A stretch of DNA of 64,000 bases from Trueperaceae bacterium (GCA_965213705.1 OZ243913.1:2720001-2784000), one strand, 5' to 3'; positions 52,168 through 62,625 are shown, counted from the first letter of the stretch. Numbers and translations: made by a program. The notes: generated by a model not told the origin, from the sequence alone.

Positions 52168-53328
52168 GTGAAACGAGTTTTTCCAACGCTGTTGGTCTTG
52201 CTGTTCGGCTCGAGCTTCGCCCAAGTCAAACCCGAGGCGGTGGCGACGTACGCCGACATCGTTTACGCGAGTTATGCGGACGCGCTCGAGACGGCCGAGA
52301 CGCTGCAAAGGGCCGTGATGGCGTTCTTAGCGGCCCCCGACGAGGCGACGCTCGACGCGGCCAAAAACGCCTGGCTCGCCGCTCGCGAGCCCTACGGCCA
52401 AACCGAGGTCTACCGCTTTTACGGCGGCCCCATCGACGGCGCGGACGGTCTCGAAGGTCTTATCAACGCTTGGCCTGTAGACGAGGTGTACATAGATTAC
52501 GTCGAGGGTGCGCCCGACGCGGGCATCGTCAACAACGTCGCCGACTACCCGGAAATCACGAAAGACCTGCTCGCGTCTCTCAACGAAGTCGGCGCGGAAG
52601 AGAACATCGCCACGGGCTACCACGCTATAGAATTTTTGCTGTGGGGCCAAGACCTGAGCGCGGCGACCGCCGGACAGCGCCCCTACACCGACTACACCAC
52701 CGCCCCGCACGCTCGGCGGCGCGCGGCTTACCTGAGCGCGGCGACCGAACTGCTGGTCGAGCATTTGGGCGAGCTGGTACAGGCCTGGAGCCCGGAGCAG
52801 AACGGCAACTACCGTGAGGGTTTCTTGGCGCTCGAGCCCGACGCCGTCTTACAAAACGTCCTGACGGGGATGGGCGTGCTCGCCAAAAGTGAACTCGCGG
52901 GCGACCGCATCTTTACCGCTTTCGACAACCAAGACCAAGAGGACGAGCACTCCTGCTTCAGCGACAACACCCACCGCGACATCATTGCAAACCTCACCGG
53001 CATCCAAAACGTTTACTTGGGGCGGTACCGACGCGTCGACGGCAGCGTCGTCGAGGGCACGGGGTTGAACGCGGTCGTCGCCGAGGTGAACGCCGAACTG
53101 AACGAAGAGGTAACGGCACTCCTCAGCGCAGCCGACGCTCAAACTCAGGCCATCCCCGCGCCGTTCGACCAGGCTATCCTCAGCGACGACGCGCGACCAC
53201 AAATTTTCGACCTCGTCACGACCCTGCTGGACTTGGGCGACAAGCTCGCCGAGGTCGACACGGCGCTCGGTGACAACGTCGGTGTCGGTGTCGGTGTCGG
53301 TGCCGGCGTCAGTTCGGCGTCGCCCTGA
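52168..53328 (+). CDS. Imelysin family iron-regulated protein (IrpA/IcmP-like)
   Basis: INAWPVDE, TGYHAIEFLLWGQD (GxHxxE), EDEHSCFSDNT. Confidence 0.9.
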   Translation: MKRVFPTLLVLLFGSSFAQVKPEAVATYADIVYASYADALETAETLQRAVMAFLAAPDEATLDAAKNAWLAAREPYGQTEVYRFYGGPIDGADGLEGLINAWPVDEVYIDYVEGAPDAGIVNNVADYPEITKDLLASLNEVGAEENIATGYHAIEFLLWGQDLSAATAGQRPYTDYTTAPHARRRAAYLSAATELLVEHLGELVQAWSPEQNGNYREGFLALEPDAVLQNVLTGMGVLAKSELAGDRIFTAFDNQDQEDEHSCFSDNTHRDIIANLTGIQNVYLGRYRRVDGSVVEGTGLNAVVAEVNAELNEEVTALLSAADAQTQAIPAPFDQAILSDDARPQIFDLVTTLLDLGDKLAEVDTALGDNVGVGVGVGAGVSSASP

Positions 53329-53383
53329 TGACGGCTCGCTACCGGCTCGAGACGCGCCGCGCGGTGGCTTGAAGGGTTTTTCC

Positions 53384-54811
53384 GTGCGGACGAACAAACT
53401 TTTTCTTGCCCTCCCCGTCGCCGTCCTGGCTTTGGTCCTGTTCAGCCTTGTGTGGCTGACGTGGGGGGCCAGGGCGCAAACGGACACGCCCGAGCCGGAC
53501 GCACGCTTGGGCGGCGCAGCGACGGTTTTTGACGCGACGCCCAACGCGTTCGCACAACCCGTACCGGGTTTGGAGCGCCAGCAGCAACTCCTTTTTTTCG
53601 TCGGCAACTCGTTTTTCAACCAAAACTGGGTCGCCGCGCCCGCCTCGACGACGGCCCGCGACGGTTTGGGGCCGCTGTTCAACGCCCGCTCCTGCGCGGG
53701 CTGCCACTTCAAAGACGGGCGCGGCCGCCCGCCCGCGTTTGGCGGAGAAGCGCCGACGGGCCTGCTCGTTCGGCTCGGACTGCCGGAAAAAGACATTCAC
53801 GGCTCGAGGCTGCCCGAGCCCACCTACGGCTTGCAGTTTCAAGACCAAGCTACCGAAGGCGTTCCCAAAGAGGGCGACCTGCACGTCACTTATGAAGAGG
53901 TCCCGGACGCGTACCCCGACGGCACCCCTTACAGCCTACGCCGACCTACCTACCGGCTGGACAACCTGGCCTACGGCGACCTGCATCCCGAAACCGCCCT
54001 CTCCGCGCGAATTGCCAACCAAATGGTCGGTTTGGGTTTGTTAGAAGCGATTTCCGAAGCCGACCTGCTGGCCGCGGCCGACCCGACCGATGTAGACGGG
54101 GACGGCGTTTCGGGTCGTCCCAACTGGGTTTGGGACGCGCAAAACAGCCGCATGGCCGTGGGGCGTTTCGGCTGGAAGGCCGAGCAGCCCAGCATCTTGC
54201 AACAGGCCGCCGCCGCCTTTTCGGCCGACATCGGCATCAGCAACGATGTTTTTGTAGAAGAGGGGTGTGCGATTGCGCAGACCGAATGCCGCGGTGCCGT
54301 CAGCGGCAACAACGCCGAAGGTGAGCCCGAGATTCCTGCCGACGACTTTCTGAAAGTGGTGTTGTACTCGAGCACCTTGGCCGTCCCGGCGCAGCGCGGT
54401 TTCGACAGTCCGGAGGTGCTCGCCGGCGCAGCCCTGTTTGAACATACCGGCTGCACGGCCTGCCACACCGAGCGCTACACGACGGGGTTGCACCCGAGCA
54501 TCCCGGTTTTGTCTCAGCAGAGCATTCGCCCCTACACCGACCTGTTGCTGCACGACATGGGTGACGCCCTGGCCGACGACCTCAGCGATTTTCAAGCCAC
54601 GGGCAGCGAGTGGCGCACGCCGCCGCTGTGGGGCGTCGGGTTGTTCGCCACGGTCAACAAACACACCTTTTACCTGCACGACGGGCGCGCCCGCTCGCTG
54701 GAAGAAGCCGTCTTGTGGCACGGGGGCGAGGCCGAAGCCTCCAAAGACAAGTTTACAAACCTCAGCAAGCAGGAACGTGACACTTTGCTGGGGTTTCTCA
54801 AGTCACTTTAG
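53384..54811 (+). CDS. Di-heme oxidoreductase family protein (DUF1111)
   Basis: DGLGPLFN, CAGCH and CTACH heme motifs, GRFGWKA, EWRTPPLWG, LHDGRAR. Confidence 0.9.
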   Translation: MRTNKLFLALPVAVLALVLFSLVWLTWGARAQTDTPEPDARLGGAATVFDATPNAFAQPVPGLERQQQLLFFVGNSFFNQNWVAAPASTTARDGLGPLFNARSCAGCHFKDGRGRPPAFGGEAPTGLLVRLGLPEKDIHGSRLPEPTYGLQFQDQATEGVPKEGDLHVTYEEVPDAYPDGTPYSLRRPTYRLDNLAYGDLHPETALSARIANQMVGLGLLEAISEADLLAAADPTDVDGDGVSGRPNWVWDAQNSRMAVGRFGWKAEQPSILQQAAAAFSADIGISNDVFVEEGCAIAQTECRGAVSGNNAEGEPEIPADDFLKVVLYSSTLAVPAQRGFDSPEVLAGAALFEHTGCTACHTERYTTGLHPSIPVLSQQSIRPYTDLLLHDMGDALADDLSDFQATGSEWRTPPLWGVGLFATVNKHTFYLHDGRARSLEEAVLWHGGEAEASKDKFTNLSKQERDTLLGFLKSL

Positions 54812-54819
54812 GGGTCAGT

Positions 54820-55863
54820 ATGAACCGAAGCAGGTTTCCCAAAGCTCACCTGAGCGTTTTCACGTTCGGCGGTTTCGTAATGGTGCTGTCAACCCTCACC
54901 CTGTTCCAGGGCGCGGCACAGTCTTTCGACCGTAGGGCGATGCTCGAGAACATCGCCCTCAACGTCATTTTGCCCTGTTACGAAACCTTTGCCCAGCAAG
55001 CAACCCTGTTAAGCGGCGCGGCGCAGTCGCTCGCGGCTGCCCCCGACGCAGAAACCTTGGCCGAGGCCAAAGACGCCTGGAACGACGCGGCTGCCGCTTG
55101 GGCGCAGTGTGCGCCCTACGGGTTCGGCGGCTTGGACGCGATGATCCTCTACAACCAAGTCTTTAAGACGCCCGTCAACCCCCTACAAATCGAAAAGATT
55201 TTGGACGACGCCAGCGCGCCGGACGCGGTCTTCACCGACAAGACGGGCTCGTCGGCCAGGGGTTTGGGGACCCTGGAATATTTTCTGTTCCAGGACGACG
55301 AGGCCGTGTTGGTAGCGCTGCGGGAGGACAAGCGCGCCGCTTACCTCACCGCGCTCGCCGCGAACGTGCAGGCGAAGGCGACCGAAATCGTGACTTTTTG
55401 GTCCCCGAACGGCGAAAACTACGCGGCGACTTTCGCAGCCGCCGACCAAGAAGGCGGCTCGGTCAAGGGTTCGCTCAACAGAATAGTCAACGAACTCATC
55501 GCCACGCTCGAGCAAACAGCGCACGAACGGGTGACGGGGCCGTCCGGCGCGCTGGACCCGGCCGCCTTGGGGCGCGTGCGGGGCAACCTGTTGGGGGCGC
55601 AGCGCTTGTTTACCGGGGCGGACGGCCTCGGGATTGACGACTACTTGCGCTTTTTGGGTGTCGGCGACTTGGCCGACGAAGTCACTGCCGACTTCGAGGC
55701 CGCTTTGGCTGAAACAGGTGCTTTGGCTGACGCCGAGCCTCCTGAAACCGAACGGGTAGCCCGGCTGTACGACCACTTGGACAGGTTGACGGTTTTGACA
55801 GCCGTCGACACCGCCAACCAGCTCGGCATTACCGTAACCTTCAACGACACCGACGGCGACTGA
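54820..55863 (+). CDS. Imelysin-like protein (no GxHxxE His)
   Basis: RGLGTLEYFLF, C-terminal FNDTDGD. Confidence 0.8.
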   Translation: MNRSRFPKAHLSVFTFGGFVMVLSTLTLFQGAAQSFDRRAMLENIALNVILPCYETFAQQATLLSGAAQSLAAAPDAETLAEAKDAWNDAAAAWAQCAPYGFGGLDAMILYNQVFKTPVNPLQIEKILDDASAPDAVFTDKTGSSARGLGTLEYFLFQDDEAVLVALREDKRAAYLTALAANVQAKATEIVTFWSPNGENYAATFAAADQEGGSVKGSLNRIVNELIATLEQTAHERVTGPSGALDPAALGRVRGNLLGAQRLFTGADGLGIDDYLRFLGVGDLADEVTADFEAALAETGALADAEPPETERVARLYDHLDRLTVLTAVDTANQLGITVTFNDTDGD

Positions 55864-56041
55864 GCTACGGTGACTCAGCTACAGTGACTGAACGACGGCA
55901 ACTGAACGACTGCTGCCGAACTGTGGCGCCCAAACTATATGACTAAACGACCGGTGACTTTGCAGAATGGTTGACGGGGCCGTTTCTACTCGCGGTGCCG
56001 GGGTAAAGACGCGCCCGTCCACCCACGCCGGAGACGTCTAG

Positions 56042-57409
56042 GTGCGGCAAGTCACGCCGCGCCGTTCCCAAGCGGGTACCTGGCGGCAGACGCGCGTTTG
56101 GCTCGAGCGCCCCGTCCCCAGCCTGCCGCTGGCGCTGTTCCGCGTCGCCTTCGGGCTGCTCATGTTCGCCGCCACGCTGCGTTTCGTGTTGCGCGGTTGG
56201 GTTACGGACTTTTACGTCGCGCCGCAGTTTCACTTTACCTACCTCGGTTTCGGCTGGGTCAAGCCGCTGCCGGAGCTTGGTATGTACGCGGTGTTCGGGT
56301 TGATGCTGACAACGTCGCTGCTCGTAGCAGCCGGGCTTTTCTACCGCGTTAGCATCGTCGGCTTTTTTCTGCTGTTCACCTACGTCGAGCTGTTGGACAA
56401 AAGTTTTTACCTGAACCACTACTACTTCGTGTCGCTGCTGAGTTTTCTGCTCGCTTTCTTGCCTCTCAACCGGGCGTTGTCCCTAGACGTTCGCCTCGGC
56501 CTGGTTCCGCCAGCCCCTTGGGTGCCCGCCTGGACGCTGTACGCGGTTCGCCTGCAACTCGCCGTCGTCTACCTGTTTGCGGGTTTTGCCAAACTCAACC
56601 CCGACTGGCTCTTTGCAGCGCAACCGCTGCGCATTTGGCTACGTGCCAGTACCGAGTTGCCGGTCATCGGCTTTGCGTTCGACCTTGTTTGGGTCGCTTA
56701 CGCGATGAGTTGGGCGGGGCTGCTCTTCGACCTGAGCGTTCCCTTTTTGCTGCTGTGGAAGCGGACGCGACTTTTCGCTTACTCGGCGGTCGTTGCGTTT
56801 CACGTGCTCACCGCGCTATTGTTTCCCATCGGTATGTTTCCCTGGATCATGATGGTGAGCACGCTGCTTTTTTTCTCGGGTGAGGACGTCGGCACGGTGA
56901 CGAAGGCCTTCGGCCGACCGCTGCGCACGTCCGCGCCACGCACCCTTTTCTCAGTGCGCGCGTCCGCTCCCGTCCTTGTGGTTGTGAGCCTGTTCTTTTT
57001 GTTCCAAACAGGCATGAGTTTGCGCCACACGCTTTATCCGGGCAACGTCCTCTGGACCGAAGAGGGTTTTCGGTTTTCCTGGCGCGTGATGTTGGCCGAA
57101 AAAACGGGACGGGCCGTGTTTACGGTGCGGGATGACGAGGCCGACCAAACCTGGACGGTTTATCCGAGCCGTTACCTGACGCCTCAACAGACGCGGCAAA
57201 TGGCGTTTCAACCGGACATGATTTTGCAGTTCGCGCACTTTCTCAGAGACGATTTCGCAGCAAAGGGGCACAGGGTCGCGGTTTACGCCGACGCGTGGGT
57301 CAGCCTGAACGGGCGTGCCAGTCAACCTTTCGTCAAGCCGGTCGACCTGGCAACCCAGCCCTATTCTCTGGCACCGCGGCGCTGGCTCGAGCCCGAACGA
57401 GACAGGTAG
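56042..57409 (+). CDS. HTTM domain / vitamin K-dependent carboxylase-like membrane protein
   Basis: LALFRVAFG, YLNHYY, AKLNPDWL, WTEEGFRFSWRVML, SLNGR. Confidence 0.88.
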   Translation: MRQVTPRRSQAGTWRQTRVWLERPVPSLPLALFRVAFGLLMFAATLRFVLRGWVTDFYVAPQFHFTYLGFGWVKPLPELGMYAVFGLMLTTSLLVAAGLFYRVSIVGFFLLFTYVELLDKSFYLNHYYFVSLLSFLLAFLPLNRALSLDVRLGLVPPAPWVPAWTLYAVRLQLAVVYLFAGFAKLNPDWLFAAQPLRIWLRASTELPVIGFAFDLVWVAYAMSWAGLLFDLSVPFLLLWKRTRLFAYSAVVAFHVLTALLFPIGMFPWIMMVSTLLFFSGEDVGTVTKAFGRPLRTSAPRTLFSVRASAPVLVVVSLFFLFQTGMSLRHTLYPGNVLWTEEGFRFSWRVMLAEKTGRAVFTVRDDEADQTWTVYPSRYLTPQQTRQMAFQPDMILQFAHFLRDDFAAKGHRVAVYADAWVSLNGRASQPFVKPVDLATQPYSLAPRRWLEPERDR

Positions 57410-57547
57410 CGCGGCACAGGTCAAACCCACCCACGCCGAGGGAAAGCCTTTGTTTCTAAGCCAGGCGTTCAGCAAGCGTAAAACCTTGGAGCGCAAAATG
57501 CGACCCGCTCTATGGTCTCTACAGACCCGCGCGGCGTTTACTGGTTT

Positions 57548-58483
57548 ATGAGCAAACCCAAACTCGTTATTGCCGGGGCCTCGGGCGTGGTCGGGCGACA
57601 CCTCGTGGCGGCGGCCAAGAATCGTTACGACGTGACCGTTCTGACGCGCACGGTCGAGGGCGACGAGCCCGCGGGTGCTCGCGCCGTCGCCTGGAATCCG
57701 CAAGCTTTGAAGGCGGGGGACGTGGGGGGGCTCGAGGCTTTAGCGAACGTTTTGAGCGGTGCGCACGCGCTCGTCAACCTGGCGGGCGCGTCCATCGGCA
57801 GCGGGCGATTGAACGACGAACAAAAGCGTAAAGTCCTGCAAAGCCGCGTCGACAGCACCAAAACCCTTGTCGCGGCGTTCGAACGCGCCGCCGAACCGCC
57901 GCCGGTCTGGTTCCAGGCTTCGGCCGTCGGCTACTACGGCGACCGCGACGACGAGGTGCTGACCGAGGCTTCGTCGCCGCAGGACGGGTTTTTCCTGTCC
58001 CGCGTCTGCCAAGCGTGGGAGGACGCCGCAAAGAGCGTGGTGGACAAAACGCGCCTCGTCACCGGACGCTTCGGGCTGGTGCTGGCGAAAGACGCCGCCG
58101 CCTGGCAACAGTTTTTGCTGCCCGTCAAACTCTTTATCGGCGGACCGCTGGGCAGCGGTCAGCAGTGGTACGCCTGGATAGACGCCGACGATCTTGCAAA
58201 GGGTGTGCTGTTTTTGATAGAGGACGACGCGGCGCGGGGCGTCTACAACTTCACCGCGCCGAACCCGGTGCGGCAAGCCAAATTTACCAGACAAGCCGCC
58301 CAGAGACTCGGCCGGCCGGCCCTGGTACCCGCCCCCGCCTTTGCCCTGAAACTCGTCCTGGGCGACCTCGCCGAGGCGTTGCTGCTGCCGAGCGCGCGGG
58401 CGCTGCCCGTCCGTTTGGAGGCCGCAGGCTTCAGTTTCGAGTACGCAACCTTGGACGCCGAACTGACCAAACTCCTCGGCTGA
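57548..58483 (+). CDS. TIGR01777 family NAD-dependent epimerase/oxidoreductase
   Basis: GASGVVG, VNLAGASI, SRVDST, SAVGYYG, GGPLGSGQQW. Confidence 0.88.
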   Translation: MSKPKLVIAGASGVVGRHLVAAAKNRYDVTVLTRTVEGDEPAGARAVAWNPQALKAGDVGGLEALANVLSGAHALVNLAGASIGSGRLNDEQKRKVLQSRVDSTKTLVAAFERAAEPPPVWFQASAVGYYGDRDDEVLTEASSPQDGFFLSRVCQAWEDAAKSVVDKTRLVTGRFGLVLAKDAAAWQQFLLPVKLFIGGPLGSGQQWYAWIDADDLAKGVLFLIEDDAARGVYNFTAPNPVRQAKFTRQAAQRLGRPALVPAPAFALKLVLGDLAEALLLPSARALPVRLEAAGFSFEYATLDAELTKLLG

Positions 58484-58530
58484 ACTTGTATTCTTTAAGG
58501 GTGAAGACGAACCCCACGCTCCAAACCGCA

Positions 58531-58878
58531 ATGGCAGCGCCGCCCCTCGTTCCCAAAAAAGCCGAAGACCTGGTGCCCACCGACTTCCCCGAACACGGCG
58601 CACCTTTTAGGGAAATTGCCGCCCTCGGCTACACCTTCGACGGTTACGCCGCGCACGGCATGGAACGCTGCGCCGAGCTAGCCAACGCGGCGTTGAGCGC
58701 GTTTTATCACCGCGAAACCCTGCCTGAGGACATTGTCACGCTACGCACCTGTCTGTTTTTCGAAACCCGCCGCTGGCTGCTCTACGACCAGGTGCCCGAC
58801 CACCGGGCGCGCGTCTACATTCACGCACTCATCGACACGTTAAAAGCCAAGCTCGAGACCGAAAGGAAAAGCGTATGA
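58531..58878 (+). CDS. Hypothetical protein
   Basis: Host codon use; YTFDGY, LRTCLFFE.RRW; stop overlaps next start. Confidence 0.65.
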   Translation: MAAPPLVPKKAEDLVPTDFPEHGAPFREIAALGYTFDGYAAHGMERCAELANAALSAFYHRETLPEDIVTLRTCLFFETRRWLLYDQVPDHRARVYIHALIDTLKAKLETERKSV

Positions 58879-59561
58879 CCACGAAAGAGGTAACTTTTGC
58901 AGCTCGAGGCGACACCTTGCAAGCCTACTACGCGCTTCCGGAGGCCGCGGGAGCCGACCAAAAGCTGCCTGGCGTGGTTGTCATCCACGAGATTTTCGGG
59001 CTGAACGACAACATCCGGGACATCGCCGGGCGCTTCGCCGCCGAAGGTTACGCAGCCTTGGCGGTCGACCTGTTCACCGGCCGCAACCGCGCGGTCTGCA
59101 TGGCGCAGTTTATGAGCGGGATGCTGCTGAACTCGCTTCACCACGGCGGCATCCAGGACGTAAAAGCCGCCCTCGACTACCTCGTCACCCGACCCGAAGT
59201 TGACGAGAAACGCGTCGGGGCCATCGGCTTTTGCATGGGCGGGGGATTTGCCGTCGCTTGGGCCTGCACCGACGACCGTTTGAAAGCTGTCGCCCCCTTT
59301 TACGGCATGAACCCGCGCCCCTTGGAAGCCGTGCGCCGCGCCTGCCCGGTCGTGGGCTCGTACCCCGAAAAGGACTTTACGGCAAAAGCGGGCGCAAAGC
59401 TGGACGAGGTCTTGACCCGAGCCGACATCCCGCACGACGTCAAGGTTTATCCGGGGGCCAAACACTCGTTTATGAACGACCGCGGCGGTTCTCACGACCC
59501 GGTTGCGGCGGCGGACGCTTGGGACCGAACCCTGACTTTTTTCGGGGAGCAGTTTGGGTGA
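58875..59561 (+). CDS. Dienelactone hydrolase family protein
   Basis: VIHEIFGLN, GFCMGG, YPGAKHSF. Confidence 0.9.
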   Translation: MTTKEVTFAARGDTLQAYYALPEAAGADQKLPGVVVIHEIFGLNDNIRDIAGRFAAEGYAALAVDLFTGRNRAVCMAQFMSGMLLNSLHHGGIQDVKAALDYLVTRPEVDEKRVGAIGFCMGGGFAVAWACTDDRLKAVAPFYGMNPRPLEAVRRACPVVGSYPEKDFTAKAGAKLDEVLTRADIPHDVKVYPGAKHSFMNDRGGSHDPVAAADAWDRTLTFFGEQFG

Positions 59562-59627
59562 ACGCCCCTGCGAGGCGTCCGTTCGGGGCTGGACACCCGC
59601 GACGGCAGCGGGTATCATGCGAACGTT

Positions 59628-59702
<75 letters not shown>

Positions 59703-59710
59703 CCCTAACG

Positions 59711-59736
59711 AAGGCCCAGGGTTCGACTGGGCCTTT
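59711..59736 (+). terminator. Terminator after tRNA-Ala
   Basis: aaggcccag...ctgggccttt. Confidence 0.65.
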
Positions 59737-59968
59737 ATGTTTGGCCCTCAGCTGGCAAAGGTTTTTGGCTCGAGCCTAAACTTTGTTGTCGTGAGCAGCC
59801 GAGCCACACTTCACAAAAACAGGATGTTCAGTCAAACTTCTCCGGCAGCCTCGGCGCGTTGTGACCGCTACCGGGGCGAGCCCCGACACTTTTCCTACAA
59901 TGTCCTTTCTACCGGGCGCAACTCGCCCCCAACCGTTTTGCGCCGCTTGTTGAAAGGAAACGAGAGTT

Positions 59969-60139
59969 ATGGTCGGGTTTGACAGCGAACACTACCTAGA
60001 GGCCGAAGTTCGGCACATCGTGCGTAAGCTCGAGACCGCGGGGAAGAATAAAGCGCTCGAGCCCGGTGAGCACAGCCGGTTGCTGCAGGACTTCGAGGAG
60101 CTTCTGGAACTGAAAGTGCTGCGGCAAAGAGAATTTTAG
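59969..60139 (+). CDS. Small hypothetical protein (56 aa), absent from ORF track
   Basis: GAAAGGA RBS; MVGFDSEHYLEAEVRHIVRKLE...RQREF. Confidence 0.5.
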   Translation: MVGFDSEHYLEAEVRHIVRKLETAGKNKALEPGEHSRLLQDFEELLELKVLRQREF

Positions 60140-60342
60140 AACTCTCTCTCTAGGCCCGCTTGCTTGAGGACAGCGTTCGCTGTGTGACGAGACTTTATCT
60201 TGCCGTCAACGACGAAGCGAGTATCGGTCAGGGGGCTGTACCACAGATCGTGGTCACCTTTGGCTTGCCGCTCGAACCGGCAGCCCGCCTGACGCAGCAT
60301 CTTTTTAAGTTGGGGTGAAAAGTCGGCCACTACTAAGCACAA
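60136..60342 (-). CDS. HicA-like toxin
   Basis: GCRFERQAKGDHDLWYSP...SRHTANAVLKQAGL; start probably 60327-60330. Confidence 0.82.
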   Translation of the reverse strand: MCLVVADFSPQLKKMLRQAGCRFERQAKGDHDLWYSPLTDTRFVVDGKIKSRHTANAVLKQAGLEREF

Positions 60343-60560
60343 TGGACAGCGCGTTCAGCTTTAAGGTTTATATGCTCACCCTGTAAAGGCTTGCCGTTCA
60401 AAGCAAGTAGCTCGGGTACAAGGGTCTCGAGCTTTTCTAAAAGTTCCTCTACAGTGTCTGCCTCGGTGACGAGGCCGGGAACTTGCTCGCTCTGAGCGAC
60501 CCACACCGACGCCTCTTCATCCCAGAAAGCGGTTATCTGTATTTCTCCCGAGTTAGGCAT
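60333..60560 (-). CDS. DUF1902/HicB-like antitoxin
   Basis: WDEEASVWVAQS..VPGLVTEADT.EEL...VPELLALNG. Confidence 0.82.
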   Translation of the reverse strand: MPNSGEIQITAFWDEEASVWVAQSEQVPGLVTEADTVEELLEKLETLVPELLALNGKPLQGEHINLKAERAVHCA

Positions 60561-60714
60561 CGCCTAAGTATAGCGGCTTGGGGCTCAAAGCAGTTGAGGC
60601 ACCTGGAAGTAAAAAGGCCTCCATGTCGGTGGATGAAGAAGAATCAACCCCGTAAACTATGGCGACTTTTAGCAAAGCGTTGTACACATCGGCATCATCA
60701 AAATCAAGCATAGC

Positions 60715-61506
60715 TCAAACCTCATAAGTCCGTATCCGAACACCAGAGCGTACTAACCTTGTCCCCGTTTTCCCTTCAAGCGCCTGCCGCAACCGCTCCG
60801 GCACCCGCCCGTCGGCAATCACCGCGTAGGTCGCGCCCTGCCCCAGCGCTGCCAGCGCCGCCTCCACCTTGGGAATCATGCCGCCGGAGATGCGCCCGTC
60901 TGTAATGCGCGCTTCGACTTCGTCCCTCGTCAACACTGTGAGCAGGCTGCTCGAGTCGTGAGGGTCGTCAAGTACACCTACAACGTCGGTCAAAAACACG
61001 GCGGGAGCTTTCAGCGCGCCCGCCACCGCGCCTGCCACCTCGTCCGCGTTGACGTTCAGGACGCCGTCGCCCACCTCGTTCTCGGCGAGGCAGGCGAGGA
61101 CGGGGGTGATATGGGCGGCGAGGAGGGTCTCGAGCAACCTCACATTCACCCCCGTCATCCTACCGACGAAGCCGAGCGTGTCGTCGAAGGTTTGCGCGCG
61201 CAACACCCCCGCGTCGCGCCCGGTCAGGCCGACGGCGTCGCCGATGTCTTGGGCGAGCTGTTTGTTCAGCAGCGTCAACGCCTGTTCGACGTAGGGCAAA
61301 CTCTCCGCCGAGGTGACCCGCAAACCGCGGACGAAACGGTGCTCGAGGCCGACGGCGTCCAGCGCCGCTTTAATGACCGGCCCGCCCCCGTGAACGACGA
61401 CGGGTTGCAAGTTGTCCCGCGCCAGCGCGCCGATTTCCCGCGCGACCGCCCGCCGCGCACTAAGGTCGGTCATGGCGTTGCCGCCGTATTTGATGACGAG
61501 GGACAT
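60715..61506 (-). CDS. argB: Acetylglutamate kinase
   Basis: VIKYGGNAM, VHGGGP, GLRVT, NVNAD, GGMIPKV. Confidence 0.93.
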   Translation of the reverse strand: MSLVIKYGGNAMTDLSARRAVAREIGALARDNLQPVVVHGGGPVIKAALDAVGLEHRFVRGLRVTSAESLPYVEQALTLLNKQLAQDIGDAVGLTGRDAGVLRAQTFDDTLGFVGRMTGVNVRLLETLLAAHITPVLACLAENEVGDGVLNVNADEVAGAVAGALKAPAVFLTDVVGVLDDPHDSSSLLTVLTRDEVEARITDGRISGGMIPKVEAALAALGQGATYAVIADGRVPERLRQALEGKTGTRLVRSGVRIRTYEV

Positions 61507-61572
61507 AGAGGAGACGAGTAGCGAGTAGCTTGTAGCCTGTAGAAGGTTTTCCCACAAGCCACTAGCCACTGG

Positions 61573-62625
61573 CTACAAGCTCAAAAACTCCTTTGAACTC
61601 TTCGACAGCCGCTCGTAGCCGGTTTCGGTGATGACGCACAAGTCCTCGATGCGGACGCCCGCCTCGCCGGGCAGGTACACGCCGGGCTCGACCGTGACGA
61701 CCATCCCCGGTTTCAGGATGTCGGACTTGCGGAAAGTGAGGCTCGGGGCCTCGTGGACTTCTAAGCCGACGCCGTGGCCCAAACTGTGGGTGAAGTGGGC
61801 CTCGAGGTCATATTTTTTGAGCGTCTCGCGGGCGACGGCGTCGACGGCCTTACCGTCTTTGTTTGGACCCAACGCAGCGAGCGCCGCTTCTTGCGCGTCC
61901 AACACGGCGTCGTAAAGTTGCCGGTCGCGCTCCGAAACCTGGCCGACCGCCACCGTGCGGGTCATGTCGCTGTTGTAGCCGTTGACGACCGCGCCGAAGT
62001 CCAGGGTGACGAGTTCGCCGTCCTGAATCATTTTGGGCGAGGCCGTCCCGTGCGGCATCGAGCTACGCCGCCCGCTCGCCACGGTGATGTCGAAGGCCTT
62101 GCGTTCTGCGCCAGCGCGGCGCATAAAGGCTTCCAGCTCGAGCGCCACCTCCAGCTCGCTCAAACCCGCCCGGATAAAGGTGAGGATGTGCGCGAACGCT
62201 TCGTCGGCAATTCCAGCGGCCTCGCGGATAAGGCCGAGTTCTTCGGGCGTTTTAGTGAGGCGAAAGTCCGTGACGAAACCGGTGGTAGAAACGGGTTCGC
62301 GCCCCAATTTGTCTTTCAACTCCCCAAACTGTTTCACCGTGAGGTGGTCGGCTTCGACGGCGAGCGTGTAGGGTTGGGCGAGTTCGATAACGCGCTCCAA
62401 CCAGCCCGCGCTCGAGGCCACAATCTCGGTCGGCAACCGCGACTCCTCGTTTACCTGCGCGATGTAGCGCCCGTCGGTGATGAGCGTCGCCGCATCCTCG
62501 GTGACTAGAATTCGCCCGTCGGCGGGGCTGGTAAAGCCGGACAGGTAGCGCACGTTGGCGGGCGCGGTGACGAGCAGCGCGTCGGCCCCCGCCTCGGATA
62601 TTTTTTGACGAAGTTCGTCTAACAT
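61573..62625 (-). CDS. Xaa-Pro peptidase (M24 family)
   Basis: DGRY, PHG, DFG..SDMTRT, HSLGHGVGLEVHE, EPGVY, GVRIED. Confidence 0.92.
   Translation of the reverse strand: MLDELRQKISEAGADALLVTAPANVRYLSGFTSPADGRILVTEDAATLITDGRYIAQVNEESRLPTEIVASSAGWLERVIELAQPYTLAVEADHLTVKQFGELKDKLGREPVSTTGFVTDFRLTKTPEELGLIREAAGIADEAFAHILTFIRAGLSELEVALELEAFMRRAGAERKAFDITVASGRRSSMPHGTASPKMIQDGELVTLDFGAVVNGYNSDMTRTVAVGQVSERDRQLYDAVLDAQEAALAALGPNKDGKAVDAVARETLKKYDLEAHFTHSLGHGVGLEVHEAPSLTFRKSDILKPGMVVTVEPGVYLPGEAGVRIEDLCVITETGYERLSKSSKEFLSL

Noticed and set aside
55861..55957. Possible CRISPR array (also 10558-10612 and 35211-35257)
   Set aside because: Units are 14-25 bp, directly adjacent with no unique spacers, and there are no cas genes
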